A stretch of 64,000 nucleotides of DNA from Gracilinanus agilis (Eukaryota): assembly GCF_016433145.1 (NCBI RefSeq), contig NC_058134.1:298697376-298761375 (forward strand), in the 5' to 3' direction. Position 1 is the first letter of the stretch, and the number at the start of each line of letters is the position of its first letter. The notes beneath the pieces are model-generated. The model was not told the DNA's origin, ran no database searches, and worked only from the letters and a program-made list of their open reading frames with translations. The translations under genes and the position numbers were made by a program. Shown here in pieces: positions 1 through 12,100 of the stretch.

Positions 1-147
1 AGGTTTATAAAATGTGTAACACATGGAGGCTCAGGGAAAGGGCTGCCTATTTCACCTCATCCCAGGTGATTTAATAAACTCCTTTCTAAAACTTTTTTCA
101 GTTTGGGTTTTGTTTTCAATAGACGGATGGAATACATGAAATGTACT

Positions 148-3100
148 TTATTTTCTAGGCACCTCTCTTGAGTTTTTCAAACTTGGTACACCTGAACAAA
201 GACAAAAAAAATCACTTATACTTATGTTTTGGATAGAGTAAAAAGTAAAGGGGAAAACAATTGTCCCCAGTCTAATTCAAGAGTTCCCAGATTCCCATTC
301 TTCTTTAAATTTTAACAGATTTTAACCCTCCCTTGACCTTTTGATCTTATCTCCTGGATAAGAATTACTGGACTCCATATTTTATCTACCATGCTTGATG
401 TTCAGCTTCCTTGGTTTATTTATCTTTAACTTCTTTTGCCTCCTGCCACAGGGCTCTGGAAAGAACCACTGTAAAATATATATACCTGAGGACTGTTTAC
501 TTGAAATAAATTGGAAAGATAAAGGTTGACCGTCTGGAGATTTCAAAATGGGTTCAATGAGAGCACTTGTGAACATATCGCCAAGTTTTAAACTTGAATC
601 TTTAACAGAAGACAGAACTAAAAGTTCTTAAGACAGATGCTCTCTAAGATCAAGCCCACCTTCTCCTGTATTCTGGATATATCGTTGGGAGAACGTACTG
701 GGAAAGGGGATTCTTTGGACAAAGCACTTTTTTTATTGAGTAAATACCTCCTTCTAAAAGCTTCTTAGTAGGTTTATAATCAATAGGGAAAGGCAAAGTT
801 TGAGACCCAGAATGTAACATTCCATAAAATCACCGCTAGTCCCTCAGAACAAGCTAGATCCATGAGGGGGAAGTAGTCATCACACTTGGGAGCCCCAATC
901 TGGCAATGCCTGTGAGAACTGGGAGCATGAGCTCAAAGTAAAATGTGAAGCATCTGAAATGGCTCATGAATCAAAAATTATGGAGGGACAATTTTGGAAG
1001 AATGGAAGAAAAGCAACTGAGTAGGAAGGGTCAAATACATGGAATATGACTTTGTCAAAGAACCAATGAGCACTGCTACACAACTTCATCATACAAAGTA
1101 TGAGAATCTTGGCAGAAGGAGGGGAGAAAGAGATCAACCAGCATGGCCCAGCTTTGGAGCTTGGTAGTTTTGGATAGAAAGCTGAAGGCCTGAACACAGA
1201 TAACTGGTTTAGGACAGGGTTCAGAACATGCTGGAGCCCAACCAGACCTGTGGAGTGGAGAGAAACTGAGGGATTGCAATTCGAAGTGAAAATACTTCTG
1301 ATTGTTTGGATGTTTTTCTCTACACAAAGGCTAATTGTGGACCTGTCCCCCCATTTCCCAAAGCCCTGCTCCCAGGGCTCAGGAGAACCATCACATGACA
1401 ATGCTTCAGTAGATTTCAAGTCATTTCAATTTGCCAAGCGCTTAGAAAGGAGCTGCTGTGTGTAAGGCTCCTGAACAGGTCCTGGATGACCCTACACTTC
1501 AAAGATGAAACAGGCAGATAGAAGGTGCCACCCAGTTCTCATCTCAGTTCACTATGAATCTGATTTATTCTTATATCTGTCATAATCCATGATGGGGCTG
1601 CCAGCCCTCAGTAGGGGAAGCTCTCTTTGTTTTTTTACCTTTGAGTCTTCAAAACTCCAGTTCTGTTTTCTTTGAATAGCAAATCACTGAACTTTAGTTT
1701 CACTTCCTTTACTTCCTCATATTGTTTTGTTTTTGTTTTTTTTCCATCATATTGTTTTAATCTTAATTACATTGTGGTATTGAACCATATGGATACATCA
1801 CAGGGTTTTTTTAACTACCCCTACTGGAAAGTGTGACTGTTAATCAATCAAAATTACATAAATTTTGTGTTGAAATCAGAGGAATACCAAAGAAGATTTG
1901 ATTTTTCACTCTTGATGCCATTGGGAATTAGAAAAGAAATATGGAGGTCTGAGAAATGAAGAAGCAGATAAAAGGAAACAAAAGATATGAATTCTGTGTC
2001 ACAGTGAATTTCTAAAAACTTTTTACTTTTATTTCATTCCAATAACAAATTTGCACATAAGTTTTCCAAAGTTACATGATTCATGTTGTCTCCCTCTCCT
2101 TTACCCTCCCTTCTCCTGGAGTTGACAAAGAATTCCATTGGATTATACATGTATTATCACTCAAAACATATTTCCCTACTAAGTGAATTTTTATAGAAAA
2201 TTATAGAACCATTATAGCAGGGGTCGGCAACATATGGTTCTTTCTGCAGGAGCCATAAAGTCAATTTTTTTTCAGGCGTTGTTACAGGAGTGGCACTGTG
2301 AGCACTGGACGGCTCTCCCGAAATTACATTTTAAAAAATGCGGCGTTTATGGCTCTCACGGCCAAAAAGGTTGCCGACCCCTGCGTTATAGGGTTATAGA
2401 ACTTTATCAATGAGAATATAAAACTAGGACATGCTCTTTTATAATTTCAGCATTGTTCAATCCGAAGATTCCAAATAGAGCAACTATATTTATTCTGCAT
2501 CTTCAGGCGATCCTATTGATGCAGATGCTAAAAATGTTGATTATATTCAGAGATCTACAAGGTTTAAGGAAAGAACCAGAAAAAAAAAGGTTATGACATA
2601 TTAAATAGTATCAGATCTTTAATATGTTGATGAAGTTATGGTATTGTGTCAGAACATGGCAGTGATATATAATAGATAATAATAATAGAGTTGTATAGCA
2701 TGGTGGTTGTAGGGTGATGGAAAGATGAAAAGAGTTTTGAAAAAATAAGGACGACAGGCTTTGTAACTGGATCACGCAGCAATTCCTTTGTAAGGCTGTT
2801 GGGCTCACCAAATAAGGGTCCCCCATCTATAATACCTATTACCTTGGAGAATTCCCTAAAGTTGCTTTCAGGCCAAGACCAGTTCTTTCCTAGCTATACT
2901 TGGAAAAAAATATGATAAAAAAAAACAAACTATGAAAAAACTTATGAAAAGAAGGCCAAATCTGTGACTGTGATTGGAGGAGCCATGTCTGCCATAGGTT
3001 CACCACCTGCATTACAGTGTGTTTTCTTTGAACCATGTTATGAATCTATTATTGTTTGCTCAGAAATTTTTACATATGTAGATTTTTGATATTTTGATTC

Positions 3101-6100
3101 TGATTTTGAATTTTTTCTTTTTCCCAAAGTTTAATTTATCTTCTGTTTTTCATTTTACGTTTTGGTTTTCCTTTGATAATTGACTCATACACTCCATAAC
3201 TCAACCATGTGTTCTGAGTTGATCAAGGTATTGGTCAACACCTTTCTCGGGGGGATTGTATAGATTTTCATAAAATCCACAATTTAAAATTTATCATAGT
3301 GTCTGGCCCATAGGAGGTATTTATTGATTTCTTGCTAAGCAAATCAATATTACAGTAGACAACTGAGATAAATTCTGACCAACCTAATGAGCGTCGGTCA
3401 CTTTCTCTGGAAGTTAGCACTTTCTCATGTTACCTTTACCCTGCACGGATTTTTCTCTCTTTCATTCATACATCAGTCTATTGTCCCAGGTGCTTTAAGA
3501 GCCAAACAGAGCAGTTGCTCTCATTCCAATGAAGGAGCAAAGGGAAGGCTGTATAAAGAAAATGCTGTGATGACATTCTCAGAGGTCAAACCTAGCAATC
3601 AGAATTGAGAAGTGAGGGAGAGTCACAGAGGATGAAGACCAAAAACTATTATGGAAACCAGGATGACCACATACCTAATTATTACAGCTATATAAATGGG
3701 AATGAGAAGCAAAAAAGTTAAAACAGAAGGAGGCAAAATAAGAATGACCAAAATGAACAGATATGACAAGGAACCTTCCCCTGTTTCTTTTCAGTGGTGA
3801 AGGACTCTGGGTGTGGAATTCTGGAAATAATATCAGACTTTTCCCAGAATGCTAGGTAGTTTTAATGATTTTTTTCCTTCCCTTCCCTTCTCTTTTATAT
3901 TCAGAGATAACTCTTTGAAAGCCTGTTGGGGAAGAATACATGGGGAAATGCAAGTGATTCAAAACTCCAGGATGTCAAATAAAATTCTTAAAAATTGCTT
4001 CTCGGTGTCTCCAAAAATAAGGTCAAGTGGGCTAAAGATACAGTAAGGTGAGGTTTGTGACAGTGTCATATCTTCCTTCACAGCTCAGGTGGAGTTCTAC
4101 TTGTTCAGAAGACCTGTAAGTATATCTAACAATTAAAATAAAATATAATAAAAAATAATGGCCTGCTCCTCCACGCTAGTGCCTTGCCATCCAATGTTAG
4201 ATTGGTCTGCTCTGTAATACTGATTAAACACACATACATCCATATAGAACACATCTGCGTATTTATTTCTTCTGTGATAGAAAATAAACCTGAGGGCAGG
4301 GATTGTTTCTCCTTGGTCTCTGTCCTGAGTAGTCAGTTCAGCACAAGTGCACGGCAGAGGCTTCAGAAGTCCTAGTTAATGATCACTGAAGTAGAGGACC
4401 GTTGCTTGGGGGAATTGGGTGAAAAGGTGAAACTATCCAACTGGTTTTTCTTCTGTTTTTCTTCTTGGTTCACTTCTTGGAAGCTTGATCTGTTGTCTCA
4501 GAGAGCTGAAATGAAAACAAAACAGGATTAAGAGAATGGAGGGCAAGATGTCGCTAGCTAGGGTCCTGGGTGAACCTCAGTGGGTGATCTGTGACAAAAC
4601 CATGGTGAATGGCAAAATGAAAAACAAGAGTAAGCCAGAGTGGAAGGGCGATTGACTAGCCGTGTCATCTAAATCAAGCCACTTCTCCTCTGTCTTCCTC
4701 GGTTTCCTCAACTGTGAGACGGGAATAAAAATGTCATGCATGTGCCTCCCAGGGTTGTTGCGAGGAACGAATGAGATATCATATTTAAAGTTTTATAAAC
4801 TTGAAGTATTAAATGGATGCTCGTTGTAAGCATCCTTATTGTAGGGATTATTTTTATGATTGCTACTGTTGTCATGAAAGGGTCAACACACACAAAATTC
4901 CAGACTCACAAAAAAATCTGAAGACACAAGAAGGCAATAATGTCGATCCAATGCAACGACCGAATACTGCGGGTACAAAAGGAAGAGAAGGCTGAGCGCT
5001 CAAAGTCAGCGAGTGGAGAATCGTAAATGTCAAGGCAGCAAGCAGTGATTTGGTGCCTCTGATGTGTCTGATATTGTATTAATTAATGGAGTGACCAGGG
5101 AAGGTGAAAAATAAACACAGCTCATAGGCTAATAGAAGGGCAGCCACGTACACGACAGAGTGCGCTCAAGATAGATACGGTATAAATTGGGGGCAGTCTG
5201 AGAAGGGAAGGCACTAGGAGCTGCCGGGTAAAGTTCTCTTCCAACTGAGGATGGATCTTGAGGGAATTCAGGAAAGAAGTAGGAGTGGGGCGCAGTCTTC
5301 TAGGGATGGAGGATGGAAGGAAGGGAAGGAGAGAAGAAGGAAAGGAGAAATAAAAGGAAAGGAAGAAGCAAGGGAGGGATAGAGGAAAGAGTATCGCTTC
5401 CTTAAATGTCAGCACTGTGCTAAGGACTCTATAAATAGTATTTGATTTACAAATATCCTCTCATAATCAAAGTGAATAGGTGAGGGGAGGCGGGTTATGA
5501 AGATATTCCAGTGATTTTGATCCTAGAAGCAATAGAGAATCCTGGAATTTATTTAATGGGGGAAGGGTCATGTTCAGAGCTTTAGAGAAATAACTTTGGA
5601 AGATCCTCAGTGGAGAATGGATTAAAGTATGAAGAGACAAGACAAGGGGACCAAATATAATAGGGGTTTATTAACCATCCTGTGTGTCATAGTGCCCCTT
5701 GGCAACTGGATGAAATCCTTCTCAGAAATGCATTGTGAGATGACCAAAACAATGTTTGAGTATTACCTGTGAATAGGAAACAGCCTCAGATCTAGAGAAG
5801 CTCCCTTACAAGGCTGTCTAGTCCAAGCCAGTAACTATGCACTTGATGAATGTGAGACCCTCAGAGCCAACCTGCTTACATTCGATCAGCAAACCAGGAG
5901 CTAAAGGCAAGTATTGTGACTCTAAACCCATCTCTCTTCCTCCTTGTCCAAGCTGATGTTATTTATCAAGGTAAAGAAACTCGGTAAATTAAAAAACATC
6001 AGAGAAAAGGAAATCAAGACTAGATTCAACACCATAAATACTATCTAGGATTTTGTTCTAGAGATCTACCTTGGGATTCTGTTTCCTCTTTCGAGATTTT

Positions 6101-9100
6101 GACTGGCCAGGACGGTTGGGGTCAACAGATGCCATGTAGTTTGGATCCTTTCCAAGAAACTGGAGGATAGAGCTTACGACCTGTTCAAATGTCATTTTGC
6201 GGATTTGAGCTTCACTCGGATGAACTGCACTGCCTCTACGGGCAATCTGGTCATTTGAGGGCTTTGGTCGACCTGCATGAGAAGAAATGAATTAATCAAA
6301 ATCAGCAAAGTATTGGGGACATTGAGTCAGGAACTGAAGATAGACCCCAATATCTAAAAAACTCTTTCCCCTCAAGGACCTTACACTCTTCCTGAGAAGT
6401 CTGTTGGGGAGGCACATCCTTTGTACGTGCAAAAAGGGATTGTAATTAAACATAATCATGGGGGGTGGGGTGTAGGGAGAAACGAATCTCTAGAAACTTG
6501 GATTGGGATAGGCTTCAAATAGAAGGTGTTGATTTAACTGAGTTTTTTTTTTAATTTTTTAAACCCTTAACTTCTGTGTATTGGCTCCTTGGTGGAAGAT
6601 TGGTAAGGGTGGGCCATGGGGGTCAAGTGACTTGCCCAGGATCACACAGCTGGGAAGTGTCTGAGGCCAGATTTGAACCCAGGACCTCCTGTCTCTAGAC
6701 CTGGTTCTCAATCCACTGAGCTACCCAGCTGCCCCCTTTAACTGAGTTTTGAAGGAACCCAGAACCTCTTTGGCCATGCTGGTGAGGAAAGAACATTTCA
6801 ACCAAGGAGCATCATATATAGTACAAAGGCAGAGAATATCAAACATGAAGAATGGCACACAAAAAAAAAAGTCCAAGTGTGGTCAAAGTGGAGTGTGGGA
6901 AAAGGAAATGTAAACTGTAATCAGATACCAACCAGAGTTCATCCAATGATGATTCAGGGGCAATAGAGAATCCATAGATATTTTGAGCAGGGAAGTGGTG
7001 TAGTCAGAGCCACGTATTAGATAATGGACACTGGCAGGGGTGTGGAAGATGGATTAGAAAACAGAGAGATTTAAAGAGAGGAGATCAAATCAGAGGATGT
7101 AGAAATAGTCTAATTGAAAGGTGATAAACCCCTTGATGTAGGATCAAGTCCTGTGATTTGAAGGAAGGGATATATCAGTCAATCTGTCACTAAGCATGCA
7201 TCTAATGCCTACATTAGGACAAGCAATGTGCTAAGTGCCAGGGAATCAAATGAAAACCAAAAAAAGAAGTCTCTATCTTTAAGGAAGTCATAACCTAAAA
7301 GTAGAGAAAAACAATAACGAACAAGCAAATTATAGAGAGGAGAAGTTAGAAAGAATTAAAAGACTAAAAGTACTTGAAATAAGAGGGATTGAAAAAGGCT
7401 TCCGGCAGAAAGTGAGGTTTTATCAAAACTGGAAGGAAGCAAAAGAAAGAAAGAATTCCCGGCATGGGGCAAGGACAGTGAAAATGTCCAGAGTTTAGGG
7501 ATGGAGTGAAAGGAATAGCAAGTGAAAAGAATACCACCGTATCTAGATCAAAGAGCAGAGAGAAGATCTAACATGACAGGAAAGACAGGAGTTGTTATGT
7601 TATGAAGTGCTTTGAACACCAGTCAGAGGATTTTGTGTTTGATCCTGAGTAATAGGAAGCCATGGGAAATTACTGTGTCATGGGGTGACATGATCAAATC
7701 AGTGCTTTAGGACATGTAATGAGGAAAGAATCAATAAGACTTTCCAATTGCTTGGATATATCCGATGAATGACGAACTGAATTGCCTCTGAGATTTAAGC
7801 ATGGGTGTCTGTAAGGATGATAGTTCCCTTAATAAAAATAGGAAAAGTTAGGAGGAAAAGAGGGTTTTGTAGGAAAGGTGGTAAAGTTTGGTTTGGATAT
7901 GAAGTTTGGAGAAGAAAAAAGGAGCAAGTACTTACTGATTCACTCTTAAATTCACATCAGTGGTCTCTGGATGTAGAACACAGAGGAAGGAACTGAATCC
8001 CATTCCAGAAGACATTTCTTTTTCCAAATTAAAAAGTAACCCTTTAAACTTTATTTGTGCACATTCCACCTTCAACCCTATAATCATTATCTGCCTTTAT
8101 GTCACTCTCTCCCTGCTAGCTTCAGGTCTTTAAGTGAAGATTCAAACACCCATCTTCTGCCTGATAGAAGCAGAAACTGCACCCCTACATTTCAGAGATG
8201 GTCAAGGGGCAGAGTTGGAGGTTTAGTGTATTATTACTCAGCCACCACTGAGGTCCTTGCCAACTCTGATCTTCTGTGATGATCTGACTTCAGGAATGTG
8301 GTTTAATTATATATTCTGTCATTTATTAAATCCATTCAAGAAATGAATGAAAAATCAGAAAAAGTTATTAAACCATGTGGGAATCCATTTGAACAGTCTC
8401 TAGGATTGTGCTTTAGAATTTTACCTTGTGATTGAACAGCATTTTCTGGAACTATTGGGTTACGCCTCTGAGTTTCCCTTGAGGAGCTGCTTCCTGGCAT
8501 ATTAAGTCTTGAAAATGATTTGTTCTTTTCTTGGCGCTGGAAATTGGAATAGGTAGCATGCTTCAAACTCCCTTGGGAACTACCTGGGTTATTGGTGGTC
8601 ATGATTGCTTACTTGGGTAGCTCCTGTTTTGTTTTGTTTTTTTCCTCTAGGAGTAATGCACCAATTTATTGAGTTAGCTCTCCTGAATTGGAAAGAAAAA
8701 TTTTAAATCAGTATTTCCTACTCAATTCTTTCGCTTATGGCTATATTTTGCATTGAGGCATTTGAATTATCAAAAGGAAAAAGAAACTACATCCCACCTC
8801 ACCAGTATGAGTGGCTGGAAGTCTTCTTTCCTTCTTTAGATTGTCTCTAACACCATCTAACTTTACCAACATCATTTCCCCCTCTGGATTAAAGTTGTAG
8901 ATCCTCCAAAAGTAGCTCACTCTCTGATTTTTAGCTTCCAGGGGACAGAATCCTCAGATTCTGGGGTTTTTTTTAACTTCTTTGCTCTCTTGTAAAGAGC
9001 CCTGCATGTAACAGGTACATCATTTATACCAGTGATGGCGAACCAATGGCACCAGTGTAGAAGATGGCACACAGAGCACTCTCTGTGGCCATTCAGCCAC

Positions 9101-12100
9101 CTTCCCTCCCCCAAAGTTTGTTACCTAGAAAGGGATTCAGGTGGAGCTGCTCTGAGCTGACCTGGAGCAGAGCACTCGGACCTCTCTCCTCCCCCCTCAC
9201 TACACTCACTGAGGACATTCCTCACTTCACCTGCCCTCCGCCCAGCAGTCCAATGGGAGTGCTTTCTCCCTCCGGGTAAGGGGGGGAAGAGGAGGGCATA
9301 CCCAGCATGTGGTTGGGGGAGAGACATGGCACATGATCTGGGGAGGGGGGGGCCAGTCCTCCATCTCTAAAAGGTTTGCCATCACTATACCATGAGTTGT
9401 CTTGTTAAACTAAATCAAATTGGATGATCAAGGGAGAGAGCTTTGAAGATTTAACAAGGACTTAAAGGTTTTGAGCACTTAACCAATTCAGTTCTAGGAA
9501 ATATGACAAAATAGCTATAATTGATATAAGTTAAATTATTATAAATTATATAATATATAAATAAATTATATAGATTATATGAATATATAAATAAAAGAAT
9601 GAATGAGTAAATTAATGAAAATGGAACATGAACATAATGAAGTAGCAGTAATGATTATGATAGCTAGCATGTATCATGTGTCTATTATGGAGCAGTCACG
9701 TAAAACATTTTACAGTTATTATTTCATTTGACCCTCACAACAACCCTGAACCTCATAATTGCTATTATTATACAGATAAAGAAACCGAGGAAACTAGAGT
9801 TTAAGTGACTTGCCCAAGGTCATGCAGCTAATGTCTGAGATTGGATTTTTAACTCAGTTTTTTTCTGACTCCAGGCCCAAGATTCTATCCACTACAGGAC
9901 CTTACTGCTTCCTTATGGTCCAGTTTTCATCCTCACTCAGTCACCTTGCCCAGGATTTCAACACTGCCCCATCGTCTTCTCTCTCAACAGACATCTTAAA
10001 CTACTAATTTTCGGAGAAAATAAAGGCCATCTATCAGAAGTTCTGTTATCTCTCCTATCCCTTTGAAACTTCCTCCTCTCTTTCCTCTTTTCCTATAGTC
10101 TCTGAGGAAGAGTAGTTCCATCTTCTATCCCAGGGAAATTGTTCCATTTTTTTGTCTTCTATTGTCACCACTTCTTTTCTGGGCATCTTTACAGCCTCAT
10201 GATCTAACTAATTAACTCTCTGTCCTCCACCTTAAGTTGGGCCTATTCTGGTAAACCACAGAGAAACAAAATGGCTTTAGATAAGTCCCTGGCATTTTCC
10301 TAGAAGAAATTTGGGTCCATGAACATGGACAGCTGAGGTATGTAAACTGAGGAGCCAAGTTGTCTCTTTTGCATCCATTGGTCATCTCTCCGTTTCCATA
10401 GTTCAGATTCTGTCAAAGAGAAGATTATTATACTGCCTTCCCTTCCCATGGCTCACCTCGGTCAGGATACCTATTCCTTGTCTTCTTTAGGGTAAGAGTG
10501 ATCATTATGCTTTTAGGAGGAGGTAGAGTTGGCATTTTTATGGTTTTTAATTATTTTTAATATGACTAAGGTGACATTTGGACCAGGTGGTTAGAACACT
10601 TAGCCTGGAGTCAGGAAGAACTGAGATAAATCTGAAGGCATTTACCAGATGTGGAACCTAGGCAGTTCATTTAACCTTTTTTGGCTTCAGTTTCCTCATC
10701 TAGAAAACGGGAATCATAATAGCACCTACTTTGTAGGATTGTTATGAAGATGAAACACAATATTTGTAAAGCACTTGAAAGAGTGCCTGGCATGTAGTTC
10801 TCTGTGTACCATTGCTTATCTCTTCCATCCCTCCTCATAACATCTTTATGAATATGGACAAAAAAGGCCTTATTTCCCCATTGGACAAAGAAGAAAACTG
10901 GTCCAGTGAGTAGAAGTTTCTCCAAGGTCTCACAACTAGAAATATTAAAATCCATATTTTTTGAGTCCACCTCTTTACAACAAAAACTATCTTGGATTCT
11001 TCCTCAGGAACAGCTACCGTATTAGGTGTTGTCACTTTGGGCTTTCCAGAATGACAAATGGTGGCTCCAGTCAAATGGGTCCCAACTCTATCCTACATAG
11101 ATATCCCAGGATCCATTGGATCAATGAAGCACTTACCAGCAAAGAAGAATCTTTTTTTCTGAAGAGCTTCTCAAGGTGATCCCTAGAATATCGTGGGGTA
11201 GAGAGAAAAGGCAGTTTCTTGGACGTGAATGCACCAATGATTCCAGTGATTCTGAATGTAATAGATGCTTGAGATCCATTTATATAGAGGTGAGGGTGGG
11301 GCAGGGTGGTGGAGCAGGAATTCTGGGATTTCTTCTTTTACCTGAGTAGTTTACACTTCAGGGAAGTGCTTCTCACTTATCACTAAGGAGAATGGTAGAA
11401 TGTGTGAACTTAGTTTCATTGTAGTAGCCACCAAGAAAATGCAGCTCTCTCCTCATCCTTTTTAACATAATTTATTTGATTTACTAACTCTTTATAAGTA
11501 TATATGATTTCTCTATAACTAATCTACTCCACTGATGGACAAGATTGTTCCTTCATTTCAGGCACTGTGGCCATAAAATTACCCTTATATACATCCTCCT
11601 TGTATTTCTTCTTTAAGAGGGATCTGAGGAAAGAACTAGAAAAGGATTTTGGATGGCATTGGTCTTGGATTCAGCAATCTCTGGTTTTGAATCCTACCTC
11701 AGTCACTGACTAATTGTTTCTCTCTGAATAAGCCACTTAATGGTTCCCTTCCTCAGTTTCTTTCCTCTATAAAAATCTGCCACCTTCCTATTCCAAGCCT
11801 GTGATGCTGGGATTCCAAAGTCTACTACAAGAGAGGAGGGAGAGCAGGGCAGGTACCAAGTGCCAAGTGCCAAGTGCCTCAGCCCTCCATGTTCAGACCA
11901 TCCTAGATCCTCGGCCCAGGGCTTAGGTCTGCCTCCTTGGTCTATTATGTTCACTATCTGCTTGTTGAAATTAAGCAGGGCCATTAAGGCACTGAATATG
12001 AAATTGCTGAATGTTCCTCTAATTTTCAAGGATCTTGCAAAAGATAGTAACCCTGAGCTTTTGAGGACACTAATTTGATTCTTGGTGAAAACTTAAACTT

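Noticed and set aside
452-525. Plus-strand exon-like reading GSGKNHCKIYIPEDCLLEINWKDK, plus other small plus-strand candidates near 159-187, 2451-2560, 3360-3412 and 4084-4115
   Set aside because: They do not chain into a consistent frame, one has an in-frame stop, and some overlap the better-supported minus-strand exons.
964-1419. 151-aa minus-strand ORF
   Set aside because: No recognisable domain; only the 1248-1319 part has splice signals.
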